From assembly GCA_951406725.2 (NCBI GenBank), contig OX597836.1, positions 30,938,001 to 31,002,000 on the forward strand: a DNA stretch of 64,000 nt. Direction: 5' to 3'. The stretch is from Octopus vulgaris (taxonomy: Eukaryota). The position numbers were made by a program, and so were the translations under genes. This document shows positions 13,091 through 26,404 of the stretch, one piece after another. Below the pieces are notes generated by a model. The model saw nothing but the letters and a program-made list of their open reading frames with translations, did no database searches and was not told the DNA's origin. Each line of letters begins with the position of its first letter. Position 1 is the stretch's first letter.

Positions 13091-13637
13091 CACATAATTT
13101 ATATGAACGGTTCTAATGTTATCACAAACTATTATTACAGGAATTCAGAGCTTCATCATTGGTAATATATAAATATTTGTCTTTCTAATCCCCCTCTCTC
13201 TTTCCCCTCTCTCCTCCTCTCTCTATTCTTTCTTTCGCCTAATACTGATGATAATTTCTGCATGTGTTATCAAGGAAGGCAGGACTCAATGAAACAGAGT
13301 ACTGAGTAAAAATCGTCAATAACACAGTATGAGGGATTGGTTGAGGCTAAGATCTTTGTGGCAACTTGCTTGTTCTCCATATTACTCTTATTCTTATTCC
13401 ATCTTTCACTGTCTTTCATAAATATCTCAGCATGGTTTATTTTATTTTTATTTTTACTTTATATCATGTAACGTTTTTTTTTTTAACAATACCAAATGAA
13501 GGTTGTGCTGCAGTTTGGTCTTAGAAGTGATGGTTAAAACAAAGTAAAGTACTAAAGACTAATTTCATTGGTCATAGCTTTTTGAATGGTCCTATAACTA
13601 GTTGTTTCACTGCATTTCAGATAGAATAAATATCTCC

Positions 13638-13800
13638 GGCATAGGAGTGGCTGTGTGGTAAGTAGCTTGCTTATGAACCACATGTTTCTGGGTTCAGTCC
13701 CACTGCGTGGCACCTTTGGGCAAGTGTCTTCTACTGTAGCCTCAGGCCGACCAAAGCCGTGTGAGTGGATTTGGTAGATGGAAACTCAAAGAAGTCCATC

Positions 13801-13836
<36 letters not shown>

Positions 13837-14060
13837 ACATGTATGTGTGTGTGTACCTTTGTGTGCTTGTGTTTGTCCCCCCCAACATCGCTTGACACCC
13901 AATGCTGGAGTGCTGGAGTGTTAGAGTGTTTACGTCCCCGTAACTTAGCGGTTTGGCAAAAGAGACCGATAGAATAGGTACTAGGTTTACAAAGAATAAG
14001 TCCTGGGGTTGATTTGCTCGACTAAAGGCGGTGCTCCAGCATGGCTGCAGTAAAAGAGAG
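13638..14060 (+). mobile_element. SINE family A copy
   Basis: Collinear with 2453-2850. Confidence 0.9.
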
Positions 14061-14943
14061 TAGTGATTTATCAGTAACTTCTTGTCAATGATTATATCTT
14101 TTGCTGCTGTACGCATATACATCATCATTATCATTATTCTTTTACACATGTTTCATCATGTAAGCATGCTTTGAACGAGTGTGTTGCAGTACAGTCTCAT
14201 CATTTGTCACTATCTTTTGACATTTGATACATACAGAAACAGAGAAATTTACCAATCTTTGTTGTGTCATATTCCTTTGACTCTTGGCAAAGATTTTTTA
14301 ACAGATATATTTCCTTACTTACTGCTTTACAATATGTCATCAACAGCAGAGAAGTCGTCTATGCCAGAAGAAAAGATTTTCTATATCCCTCTCCTCTGCA
14401 TCATTATTTTTCAAAGCTATTGCTCTACTTTTGCTTGCAGCTTACAGAGTCCATGCCTTCTTGTGTGGTTACTCTAGAACCCTATTTGCATAATGTTGGG
14501 TTTGTTCAACTGTTATATCTATCTATATATATTTGCTTCCAATGGCTTGGAAAAGGAAAGGCAGTGCTCATGACTATGTGATTGGGTGGAGGAAAGGAGG
14601 GAGTTATTCCGAGTAGGGAGTAGACTTTGCTAAAAGCTTTCAATAGCCAGATGGTGGTGTTAACCTGGGTGATGGATTAAGTTTACTACTCAAGAACATG
14701 AACAGACTCTCCAATGGGCTCTCACTCAGTTTCTGTTTGCTAAATTTCAATCACGAGGCTTTTGATGAACTGAGGCTGTGGTAGAAATCCCTTGGGCAAA
14801 GTGTCATACAGTAGGATCAAGTTTGAAACCTAATAGTTACTAAGTGCATTGATTCAGGAATGAAATTTGCTTAGGGGGTGCAAACTCAGTCCCAATTTTT
14901 GTTTCAAACAAGATTTTATTGTTTTTGTTATTTTTTTATTTTT

Positions 14944-15255
14944 ACAGTTCTATATTTAAGAGATGAGGAATTATGTACATTATTTACATTTTATACATTT
15001 GACAGATATTTGTCCTCATCTTGTTTGTTGTTAACACAACGTTTCGGTTTATCAGGTGTCTTGGGGAAATTTTAAACCTGGGTTCTCATTCCTAAGGTAT
15101 TTTTTGATGTTATTATTATTAGGAATGAGAACTCAGGTTTGAAATTTCTCCAAGACACCTGATGAAGGCTGGAGGGTATATCAGCCAAAATATTGTGTTA
15201 ACAACAAACAAGATGAGGACAAATATCCGTCAAATGTAAATAATGTAAATAATGT
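14944..15255. mobile_element. Inverted-repeat element, Penelope-like terminus; third copy at ~17410-17556
   Basis: 14977-15095 is inverted relative to 15119-15255. Both arms and the 17.4-kb copy contain hammerhead remnants. Confidence 0.65.
15154..15199 (+). ncRNA. Degenerate minimal hammerhead motif in an inverted-repeat element
   Basis: GACAC CTGATGA A GGCTG gagggtatat CAGCC AAAATATT GTGTT. Sister copies (15032-15062 minus, 17435-17472 plus) supply CCGAAACGTTGTGT, giving an intact consensus. Confidence 0.6.
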
Positions 15256-16038
15256 TATTTATTTTTGTTCTTTGTTCTTTGAGAAGAAAACTAACTTCAT
15301 ACTAGATTTTACAGTTCACTTTTTACGCACTGTTTTCTAAGCCCGAGAAAAGTAAGTTGGGGTGAAAATTTTGATTTTTCTCCTGCAAAAAATTTTAGGA
15401 GGTACGCTTGCACTCCCTGTACCCACTGTTCTCGGACCCATGACTAAGTGAGCTTAATCCTATAGCCATACTTGAGACTGAGTCCACAGATATATTTTGT
15501 GAACAAAATCAAGAGTGAGTCCTTTATACTTTCTGAATGATGAAAGAATAGAACAACTTATCATCAGCCTTTGTTCTGGTACAGTACCAGACCACTTATC
15601 TGGCAAGCTTAGGACCAGAAGTAACCTAGATATCTGGATTTTCCAGTTTTCTGGAGACAGCCTAAATATTTACTGAAAATAAGCTATGAAAAGTAAAGAA
15701 CTAAATTGTATATGACAGATTCAAATTAATACAATTCTAAAGCAAGGCCTGTTTGATAGTTATTAATCCACTTAAAATTCTTGACATATATCATACTGTA
15801 CCATGAATACAGTTCAATGTTTATAGAGTGAAAATTAGACAAACAAAAGTAAAGAATATGATTCTATTTAATAGATACAGGTACAACTTAACATACTTCT
15901 AAGCAGAGTATGTTTAATTTTCATCAACCCATCTAAAAGGTAAAGTATTTTTGACACAGCATATGCAAATTAATGAACTTCGAAAAAGGGGTTTGTTTAC
16001 TCAAGAAAGGTACAGTATATTGCATGGTATTGCTCAGT

Positions 16039-16426
16039 GTGGAGGCGCAATGGCCCAGTGGTTAGGGCAGTGGACTCGCGGTCTTAGGATCATGGTTTCA
16101 ATTCCCAGACCGGGCATTGTGAGTGTTTATTGAGCGAAAACACCTAAAGCTCCACGAGGCTCCAGCAGGGGATGGTGGTGATCCCTGCTGTACTCTTTCA
16201 CCACAACTTTCTCTCACTCTTACTTCCTGTTACTGTTGTACCTGTATTTCAAAGGGCCGGCCTTGTCACTCTCTGTGTCACGCTGAATATCCCCGAGAAC
16301 TACGTTAAGGGTACACGTGTCTGTGGAGTGCTCAGCCACTTACACGTTAATTTCACGAGCAGTCTGTTCCGTTGATTCGGATCAACCGGAACCCTCGTCG
16401 TCGTAACCGACGGAGTGCTTCCCTCC
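16039..16426 (+). mobile_element. Young tRNA-derived SINE family C with a 10-bp TSD
   Basis: TSD attgctcagt at 16029-16038 and 16427-16436; head GGCGCAATGGCCCAGTGGTTAGGGC...GGTTTCAATTCCC. Confidence 0.92.
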
Positions 16427-17080
16427 ATTGCTCAGTATTCCAGGATTTCTGGATGCCAGATAAAAGGTTTGTTAATGTAATATTTCTAGTCCAAACTCAA
16501 ATGAGATTTTTAAAATTATTAACCCAAAGTCTTGAGTAGTAACTCTTAAAATATTTAACTTAGACTGTTTGCTAGGAGTTAGAATTTCAGAAATTATTCA
16601 CTAGAAATTATTCTAACGTGCTCTTACTACAAGGTAGGGTGGGCTGATATTCTGTGGATGTCTTCAGAAACAGTTCCCCATATATTACTGATGCCCTCAG
16701 AAAAGTTATTTATGACAAATTTACAACACACACATACACACGTATGTATGTATGTATGTATGTATGTATATGTATATGTATACACATACACACACACACA
16801 CACACACATATATATGTATATAATTATAATATGAGGGAATATTATTCCAAACTTATAGGGAAAAATTCAATTTAGAAATACTAAATCAAATTTCACAAAA
16901 TATAATATATGTATATATAAATTAGAAAAAAACCCACCTTTTATCAATTAAAAAATGAAAAATTAAATTATACCATTTGGAAAAATTACATCTTATAGAA
17001 AGATTAAATATAATATAAAACATATAACAATGATTAAGTAACGTGCAGAATAATAAATAAAACGTATATATTTGGTAGAA

Positions 17081-17173
17081 TAACGACTATTTAAATGGCT
17101 ATATTTAAGAAATGATAATAGTAATAATAATAGTAAAATCACTTCAATATAAATATAGTCACTCTTCAGGTTA
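17081..17173 (-). ncRNA. Degenerate hammerhead-like motif
   Basis: Minus strand TAAC CTGAAGA G TGACTATATTTA...TAAATATAGCCA tt TAAA TAG TC GTTA. Stems I and II pair, but the GAAA/stem III region is damaged. Confidence 0.45.
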
Positions 17174-17176
17174 AAG

Positions 17177-17223
<47 letters not shown>

Positions 17224-18589
17224 GGTGTGCTTATCAGGTAAATGATTTGATCTGAGACTGTGTGTTGAAACTAAAATAATTGCAGTGTGGATGATACATG
17301 TTAATCATTCAAACACATCTAATTATTAAAGCAGAAAAATGATCAGAGAAGCCAATTTTTTCAAATATATCATATTATACCAAGGACTTTCTATTCCTTA
17401 TTCTATTATAAACCCAGGTTCGAAATTTCCCCAAGACACCTGATAAAGGCTGGGGGGTATATCAGCCGAAACAAACAAGATGAGGACAAATATCTGTCAA
17501 ATGTAAATAATGTAAATAATGTACATAATTCCTCATCTCTTAAATATTGAACTGTATATATGTATATATATATATATCAACAATTCCATTATTATATATA
17601 AGAAGAAATAACCTATTATTTACAGGAAATCAGGGGTTCGACATTGTCGGTAATATACCAATATTTCTATTTTCTGATACCTCTTTTCAGTCTAACATAA
17701 TACTAGCTTCTACATAATACTACTAAATACTGCATGTGTTGTTCATGTCAGTAGGAGCAAATACTGAATAACAATCAACGATGCCTTGATGTCATCATTG
17801 GTGGATGAAGTTAAAATCTGTATGGCAACTTGCTTGCTTGTCATCTTATTCTATCATCCACTGACATTTTTTGTATATAACTTTGTAGTACCTAACCTAA
17901 GCAAGTGATGTAATAGCACTGCTTACACAGTTGAATGTAGTATTGACTTATAAAAGCCTTTAATATACTTTTTATTGTATTACAGTTGCATAACAAAATA
18001 CAGTGTCCCTACAGGTCATTAATGTCTTTCAAATATATCTCAGAAAGGTTTATTTGTTTTTATCTTTATTTTATATCAAGTGCAGGTGTGGCTGTGTAGT
18101 GAGAAGCTTGTTTCCCAACCACTTTGTTCTTTGTTTAGTCCCATGGCATGATACCTTGGGCAAGTGTCTTCTACTATACTCTCAAGGCCAACCAAAGGCT
18201 TGTGAGTAGATTTGGTAGATGAAAACTGAAAGAAGTCCATTATGTGTGTATATCATCATCATCATCAGCACCATCACCAGCATCATCATTTAACGTCCGT
18301 TGTCCATGCACGCATAGGTTGATTGGATTGACTGGGTTGGCAGCACTGGAAGGCTGCACCAGACCCCAGTCTGATTTGACATGGTTTTCTACAGCTGGAT
18401 GCCCTTCCTAATGCCAACCACTCCAAGAGTGTAATGGATACTTTTATGTGCCACTGGCACAACACCAGTATCTGCCATGACTGTGATTTTGCTTGGCTTC
18501 ATGGGTCTTCTTATCAAGCACAACATAATGCTAAAGGTCTCGGTCATTGTCTCCGTGAGGCCCTGCACTCGAAAGGAAACCAACACTTG

Positions 18590-18654
<65 letters not shown>

Positions 18655-18914
18655 GCGTTAGGAAGGGCATCCAGCCGTAGAAACACTGCCAGATCTGACT
18701 GGGCCTGACGAAGCCTTCCAGCTTCACAGACCCCAGTTGAACCATCCAACCCATGCTAGCATGGAAAGCGGACGCTAAATGATGATGATGATGATGATGA
18801 TATATAGATATATAATACTGTACATTTAGATTAATATGTATATAATTGTTATGGCCAGTCAGAGAGTGACCATTGGTTTTGCAACTTGTTGGCTCAAGCA
18901 TTAGGTTCGACCGA

Positions 18915-19050
18915 TGGTCGTCCCTTGCCGTGGTGGAAGAGCTTGTGTGTTCCAATGATTACGAGAGCAATGCCATCAGGAGTCTTAGACTCCTGGTAGA
19001 GCCACTCATGGCGGCAAGGTTGAGGATGGTGATCCCAGTCTAAACACAAC
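18915..19050 (+). mobile_element. Probable RTE/BovB-type 5' UTR fragment
   Basis: ccttgccgtggtggaagagcttgtgtgttccaatgat...gagcaatgcc...gccactcatggcggcaaggt resembles the remembered BovB/RTE 5' end; strongly self-complementary. Confidence 0.55.
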
Positions 19051-19512
19051 TAAACATCAACATCAAGACCCCAGTGGCGAAGCAAGCAGAAGAGGGCAAT
19101 ATCAAGGCCCCAAGGACTGAAGTAGGCAACACCTGGCAGAAGAAGGCAATACCTGTCAGGCAGGCATGACAAAGGTGGATAGACTCTGGCAGCTCGCTGC
19201 AACCAACCTCATCAAGGCTGCATATCTCAATTCTTGAGCCACAGTAGAGAAGTTCCTGACCAAGTGCAAGTGTGTGGGTGTCACGTAGCCACAATTTACA
19301 CAGTGACTGGCTTCGTCTTTCTACTCGTTGGCTTTTGCATCTATAAAGTGCTTTATAGATGTGAAACCAATGGTTACTCTCTGATTGGCAATAACAATTA
19401 ACTCCCCGCAAAATATAATATTACTGCTTTAATGTTTTAGAGTAGGCTTCGTTTTCGGATATATGAACTGCTGATGATGAACGTGTTTGTGTGTGTGCGT
19501 GTGTGTGTGTGT

Positions 19513-19561
<49 letters not shown>

Positions 19562-20493
19562 AGCATGTGTCCTCATCTTGACGTTGTGTGGTTGTTGTAA
19601 AATGATTGTCACAGTCTTATAAGCAGTGCTATTCTCTTCCAGTTTTCTGTGAAAACATGTTCAGCCATAAGGGAATCTTACCTTGCTTGCCAGCATCTAA
19701 GGATTGGTAACAGGAAAGGATTCCAGACAGAGAAAAGAAAATCTACTTCAATGAGCTCTGTCCAATCCATACAAGCATGGAAAACGGGATGTTTCTTTGT
19801 TACCCACAAGGAGCTAAACACAGAGGGGACAAACAAGGACAGACAAAGGGATTAAGTTGATTACATCGACCCCAGTGCGTAACTGGTACTTAGTTTATCG
19901 ACCCCGAAAGGATGAAAGGCAAAGTCGACCTCGGCGGAATTTGAACTCAGAACGTAACGGCAGATGAAATACGGCTACGCATTTCGCCCTACGTGCTAAC
20001 AATTCTCCCAACTCGAGATGTTAAAATGATGATGATGATCATCATGAATTTTGTGAACAATAGTGAATGAAGGCAGTGCTACAGTATGGTCTTTACCATA
20101 ACAGCTAAAACAAAGTGAATAACTGAAGAGCTAAGGAATAGTTTTTTATTGGTTGTAGCTGTTAAATGTAAAAAAGAATAAGTTTCAACTTACAAGGTAA
20201 CTATTTGACATAAAGTCTTCAACCAATAGTTTTGTTATGAATTGGTGGAAATTTATTGTCAACAGACATGAAAAAGGAAAAAAAAAACAAACATTCCATT
20301 TTAATGTCTTTTAATGTCTGTTTGTTTTGCAACATCAGTACCGGTCTTAACGAAACATGGCTGCCACCAAAAGTAAACAGCATCCAAAAACCGAATACCT
20401 ACTTTCTCAAACAGAATGTGCTTTATAGAGGTAACTCTGTAAGGAGAAAAAGAAGAAAAAAACAAATGGAAACACTTATATACATACACGTAC

Positions 20494-20524
<31 letters not shown>

Positions 20525-20531
20525 ATATACA

Positions 20532-20637
<106 letters not shown>

Positions 20638-21077
20638 TTTGTTGTGCAAATTTTTATGTGAAGTCGTGTGTTGAAACAGATATTGTTATATAATGGTATA
20701 TTCATTTAGCAATAAATACATATACTATATATTTGGTGTTATTTTGTTAGATTAAGATTAATGTAAAATAAATATCATGAGCAAAATAACACCAAATATA
20801 TAGTGCGTGTGTTTTATAAATCATTGACATTCGATATAACATCATCATCATCATCATCATCATCGTTTAACGTCCGTTTTCCGCGCTAGCACGGGTTGGA
20901 CGGTTCGACCGGGGTCTGGGAAGCCAGGGGCCGCTCCAGGCTCCAGTCTGATCTGGCAGAGTTTCTACGGCTGGATGCCCTTCCTAACGCCAACTACTCC
21001 GTGAGTGGAGTGGGTGCTTTTTACGTGCCACCTGCACAGGGGCCGGGGGGTCCGGCATCGGTCACGATCGGTTCGAG

Positions 21078-21132
<55 letters not shown>

Positions 21133-21244
21133 ATATATATATATAATATATATATATATATGTATGTATGTATATATATGTATATGTATGTATATATATG
21201 TATATATATGTGTATATATATATATATATATGTGTGTGTGTGGG

Positions 21245-21284
<40 letters not shown>

Positions 21285-21289
21285 TATAT

Positions 21290-21491
21290 AGTTAATCCAA
21301 ACATGAAAACACAACAACGCGAGGACGTGGAATAAGTACAGTGTTATTAGACATTCAGGAAAGAAAAGAAAGAAGGAGGATTTAACATTTTGTGCGGAGC
21401 TCTTCATCAGAAACATAGGAAAAGGAAAGATCCAAGGAAGGGAAGACGGAGGAAAAAAATCACCAATGATACACACACAGTCACATTTTGA
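21290..21491 (-). mobile_element. Short TA-inserted hammerhead-bearing repeat (copies at 25133-25347 and 35052-35266; related 41645-41800)
   Basis: Three ~200-bp near-identical copies begin (TA)n-gttaatccaaaca and end ggtcacattt followed by a TA/TG tract. Each has the CTGAYGAAGAGCTCCGC motif on minus. Confidence 0.75.
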
Positions 21492-21515
21492 ATGTGTGTG
21501 TATATATATATATAT

Positions 21516-21783
21516 AAGGTCATTCCATAAATAATGCTGTGTTTTTTATACTTCTTTTATTTTTCAAAATTAAGATAAGAAAGTTTTTTTAAAATCTAAA
21601 ATATACTCTTCTTCATTTTCTACAATGCCCTTCCATCTGTCTGGTAGACTTGCAAAGCCCCTCTTCCGAAATTCACTTGTTTGGGACAAAAAATACTTCT
21701 CCAGTTCCGTTCTGACCTTGTCTACAGAATTTGTATTTTTCCTGTCCAAATGATTTTGAAGACTGCAGAAAAAATGATAATCA
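21516..21783 (-). mobile_element. Mariner transposon 3' remnant (transposase C-terminus plus terminal repeat beside TA)
   Basis: DYHFFCSLQNHLDRKNTNSVDKVRTELEKYFLSQTSEFRKRGFASLPDRWKGIVENEEEYILD is a typical mariner C-terminus after the DYHLF motif. Confidence 0.88.
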
Positions 21784-21869
21784 AACTAAACCTTTCGGCA
21801 TGGTGCCCCAGCATGGCTGTACTCTTCAGCATGATTAAGGTTTCCTTTCCCAATATTTGAAGCTGGAGC

Positions 21870-22037
21870 AGGAATAGACTTCAAATAATGTTGCATGTCT
21901 TTGTCCTCGCCCATAAGTTTGTCATCTCTTTGCTCGATAACCATACTGACATATTTGAACATAGGGAATTTAGCCACCTTCACAGCGAACTTAGATTTAA
22001 TTTTCTCAATGACAGAAACTTTAAAAAACTTGGAGCA
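21870..22037 (-). mobile_element. Possible Copia-type reverse transcriptase remnant
   Basis: SKFFKVSVIEKIKSKFAVKVAKFPMFKYVSMVIEQRDDKL...QHYLKSI resembles the segment after the catalytic DD of Ty1/Copia RT (F...VI..L...F......FKY.G..I.Q). No LTR or DD motif was seen. Confidence 0.4.
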
Positions 22038-22857
22038 TCATTCAAACCATGCATAGATTAAGAGAGTTTCCACTGTTTTTCTTTGTCATTGTTTTAACCT
22101 TGGGAGATATTAGATATTTGATAAACAAGTTTGTTTGTTTGAAGGAAAACAATTTTAATATCTGGAGAGTTGCAGGACTAATCACTTGAGGTAGTTATAT
22201 ATTTCTTTACTACCCACAAGGGGCTAAACACAGAGGGGACAAACAAGGACAGACAAATGGATTAAGTCGATTACATCGACCCCAGTGCGTAACTGGTACT
22301 TAATTTATCGACCTTGAAAGGATGAAAGGCAAAGTGGACCTCAGCGGAATTTGAACTCAGAACGTAACGGCAGATGAAATACGGCTACGCATTTCACCCA
22401 GCGTGCTAACGTTTCTGCCAGTTTGCCGCCTATAACTACTTGAGGTCGTTATAGTTAAGACTATACTAAAGCCTTCTCTAGAGTAAGTGGGGGTAATCAG
22501 TTTTGACACATCAAGTGCCCTATCTTGAAATTCTCCAGGTTACAAACCTAGCTTTGACAATTTTATTACTTTGGACAACACTGGAATGCCGTTGATCTTA
22601 GTTCTCTTGGATCAAGAATAAGCTGGAGCTAAACAACAAAAATATCTTCATAATTCCAACATATATTTTTTGTTTTAACATTTGCTGTCATTCTGCAAGT
22701 AAATGGACCAATGTGTGAGCTTTTATATTGTTGCTTGACTTGTCAGAAATAGTGGCCAATTCTTCCTCAGATTACACCCTGATAACTTACAGAAGAAAAA
22801 AATGTGAGAGAGAGAGTATATTGGATTAACAGGAAAGAAAGACTTTGGAAGCAGTAG

Positions 22858-23157
22858 ATCATCATCATCATCATCATCATCATTTGTTTAACATCCGCTT
22901 TCCATGCTAGCATGGGTTGGACGATTTGACTGAGGTTTGGTGGACCAGATGGCTGTACCAGACTCCAATCTGATCTGGCAGAGTTTCTACAGCTGGATGC
23001 CCTTCCTAACACCAACCACTCCGAGAGTGTAGTGGGTGCTTTTACGTGCCACCGGCACAAGGGCCAGTCAAGCAGTACTGGCAACGACCACGCTCAAATG
23101 GTGCTTTTTATGTGCCACCTGCACAGGAGCTAGTCCAGTGGCACTGGCAACGACCAC
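22858..23157 (-). mobile_element. Retroposon family E 3' end with a (GAT)n tail (copies ~18250-18590, 18652-18800, 20840-21080, 28010-28370, 35320-35545, 41480-41630, 49645-49925, 56925-57140)
   Basis: Shared ggaagggcatccagctgtagaaac...ggacgttaaa(GAT)n end with variable 5' truncation, typical of non-LTR retroposition. Confidence 0.85.
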
Positions 23158-26100
23158 AATAGCACCTATGAAATAGATTCTTTCAAATGCATGGAAGGTT
23201 TCCTAGAAGTAGTCAATAGTTTCTGTGACCTTGGTGATGGGATGCCCATCCATTGCAGGATTACTCGCTTTTGCCAGCTGAGTGGACTGGTGCAATGTAA
23301 AATGAAGTGTTTTGCTCAAGAATACATACACTGCATTGCCCAGTCAAGGAATTGAAACCAGAATCTTGTGATAATGAGTTCAACACCCCTAACCATTAAG
23401 TCATGCCCCTCCACTGTCAAATGTAATGTTTATTATTTATTCTCATTGTTTTTAATTAATCATGCATTATCTCATAGCATTGAGATTCCAATGAAAACGA
23501 TTATTTACACTTAGAATGACATTGTAGTGTAGGCATGAGAGGCTGGATCTGGCCAGTTTTAAATGCTAAATGGTGAAGATGGTGTGATCTGAAAGTGATT
23601 TGGTTGCTATTTCCAGCAGGTCAAGTAACCATGTAAAAGGTCTTACAGAAAAATATCCTTGTACATGATGTGTTTGTGTGTATTTCTATGTAGGTATTTG
23701 CCAAAAATAGCTATTAAACATATATAAACATAGTCACTATTTCTTCAATTGATGATGAAAACATCTTTTAGAATGTTTTTCAGTTTCCCGAGTTTTTACT
23801 GAGGGTGACAGACAGTCAAGACAAGTTGTATATAAATTGATATCTTTCCAATTCAGCAGGCATCAGCCAAACAATGCGTTTAGGAAAAAGACGGAGTTCT
23901 TCCTGTCTCCCCATCTTCGCTCCTTACATTACATACACGGATTTACAACTGAATCTATCTTTTTTTCTCGGATGCCAAGATAGGCACTATTTCATAGAAA
24001 TGGAAAAAATCAGCTGCTGCCACTATTATAAGCAGTTTTAAGACAGATATGTGTTGTTTATTCAGTAATAACCTTTAATAAGATTATAGATTCTCTGTCG
24101 TTTTTTGTTATTCTTTTTATTGATCTCCCCTTTTAGCGATGAAAAGTTTTTACAATATCTTTCATCAACATTTATATTACAATTCAGTTGATTTCATCTC
24201 CGGTTGTCACCAGTTTATTTTATTCTTAAATGTGTGCATTGTAGCAGATTGGATTTGAACCAGGATCCTTTATTTCTAACAGTGGATGTTAATGAGGTGA
24301 AGCATTTATTTACTATGTTATCATCAACGCAATTATCGTCACATCGTTATCATAATCATCATCATTTTATGCCATTGTCATCATCTTTATCATCATCATT
24401 GTTATCATCTTCACTGGCAGAGTTGTTGGTACACTGGGTATAATGCTTTGTGGCATTTCATCTGTCTTTATGTTATGAGTTCAAATTCTGCCAAGGTCTA
24501 TTTTGCCCTTCACCCACATGGGGTTGATAAAATAAGTACCAGTTGATCACTGGGGTTAATATAATTGACTTACCCACCTCCCTTGAAATTGCTGGCCTTG
24601 TGCCAAATTTAAAAACCATTCTTTTAATGACCTCTTTTCCATGCTTTCATGGGTCAAATGGAATTTGTTGAAGCAAATTTTCTGTCACTGGATACTCTTC
24701 CTATCATCAACCCTAACCTGTTTCCAGGTACGGTAATTTCTTCTCCATGTTTTTATTAGAAAACTGGAAATGAACAAACCCACTTGTATGATGGTATTGC
24801 TTGTTTACAACCATCACATGATGTCAAGACTAGGATACACACAAACATGGCCACTCAGATGTGCTCATCTACACAAACACATGTATACATGCATATGGGC
24901 ATGTACATATAAATGGGCTTTTATTCAGTTTCCATCTATGGGATTCACTCCTAATGCTTTGACTGTTCCAAGGCTGTTGTAGAAGACACTTGTTGAAGAT
25001 GCTATGCAATGGGACTCAAATGAGAAGCACATGGTTGGGTAACTACCTTCTTAATCACACAGCAATGTCTGCACCCATGCATATATATATATGTATTTGT
25101 GTATGTGTGTGTGTATAAATATATATATATATAGTTAATCCAAACACGAAAACACAAAGAGAAAACACAACAACGCGAGGACATGGAACAAGTATAGTAT
25201 AATTGGACGCTCAGGAGAGAAGGAAAGAAGGTGGGTTTAACGTTTTGAGCGGAGCTCTTCGTCAGAAACATAGGAATAAGAGAGATTCAAAGAAGGGAAG
25301 ACGGAGGTAAAAAAATCTCCAATGGTACACACGGGGTCACATTTCGAATATATATATATATATATATAAGGTGACACCAACAACCTCTCAATGATTAGCC
25401 AAAGATGATTTTTAAAATGAGAATATCTGAAATAAACTCGACTGCTCTCACAAATAAAAATACTAAAAATGAACCTGACTTCTCTCAAAATATTAAGTAA
25501 AAAACCGGAAAAATAATCCAGAATCCATGTCCAATACCTGATTGATCCAAAAATCTAGTCAGTGTGTGCCAGTCATGAGGTCAAACATCCCTGAAAGTTT
25601 CATCCAAATCCATCCAGCGGTTCTTGAGATATATATATATATTACCTTCTCAAACATTTCTTGTCTTACAAGTTACTTGGTGACCCTGGCAGGTGTCACT
25701 TAAGAAAGCATCCAGCCCACACTGTAAAGTGGTTGGCATTTTGAAGAGCATCCGGCTGTAAAAATCATGCCAGAACTGACCTCACCTGTGCTGGTGTCAT
25801 GTAAAAAGCACTCAGCCCACTCTGTTGGGTTGTTGGTGTTAGGAAAAGCATCCAACTATAAAAACCTGCCAAAACAGATACAGAAGTATGGTGCAGTCTT
25901 CTGCCTGGCTGACTCATGTCAGACCATCCAACCCATGCCAGCGCAGAAGGAGAACATTAAACAATAATAATGATAATGATGATGATATATGTATATTGGA
26001 TATTGATTTAATTAAATTAACATCAATTTAACACCAGTGGTCAGCATATAAAATCAGAAGGTTCAGTAAATTGTATCTTATACATATGTATATATATATA

Positions 26101-26237
26101 TAATATATATATGTATATATATACATATGTATATATATATATATAATATATATATCTATATATATACATATGTATATATATATATATATATATGTATATA
26201 TTTATATGTATGTATATATTTATATGTATATATATAC

Positions 26238-26291
<54 letters not shown>

Positions 26292-26348
26292 TTATATCTA
26301 TGTATGTATATATATCTATCTATCTATGTATATATATATATGTATATC

Positions 26349-26404
<56 letters not shown>

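Noticed and set aside
13240-13312. CTGATGA...GAAAC in a repeat shared with ~17580-17890
   Set aside because: Stem II is only partly paired and no stem I partner was found; it cannot be supported from these two decayed copies.
16039-16115. tRNA-like sequences at the heads of SINE families (also 43006, 50455, 58939)
   Set aside because: No complete cloverleaf with an acceptor stem and terminator; they continue into SINE bodies, several with TSDs.
23770-24000. Non-repetitive island with a ~66-codon open frame after tttttcAG
   Set aside because: The frame is incompatible with the phase 0 donor at 6354, there is no clear donor, and no recognisable similarity.
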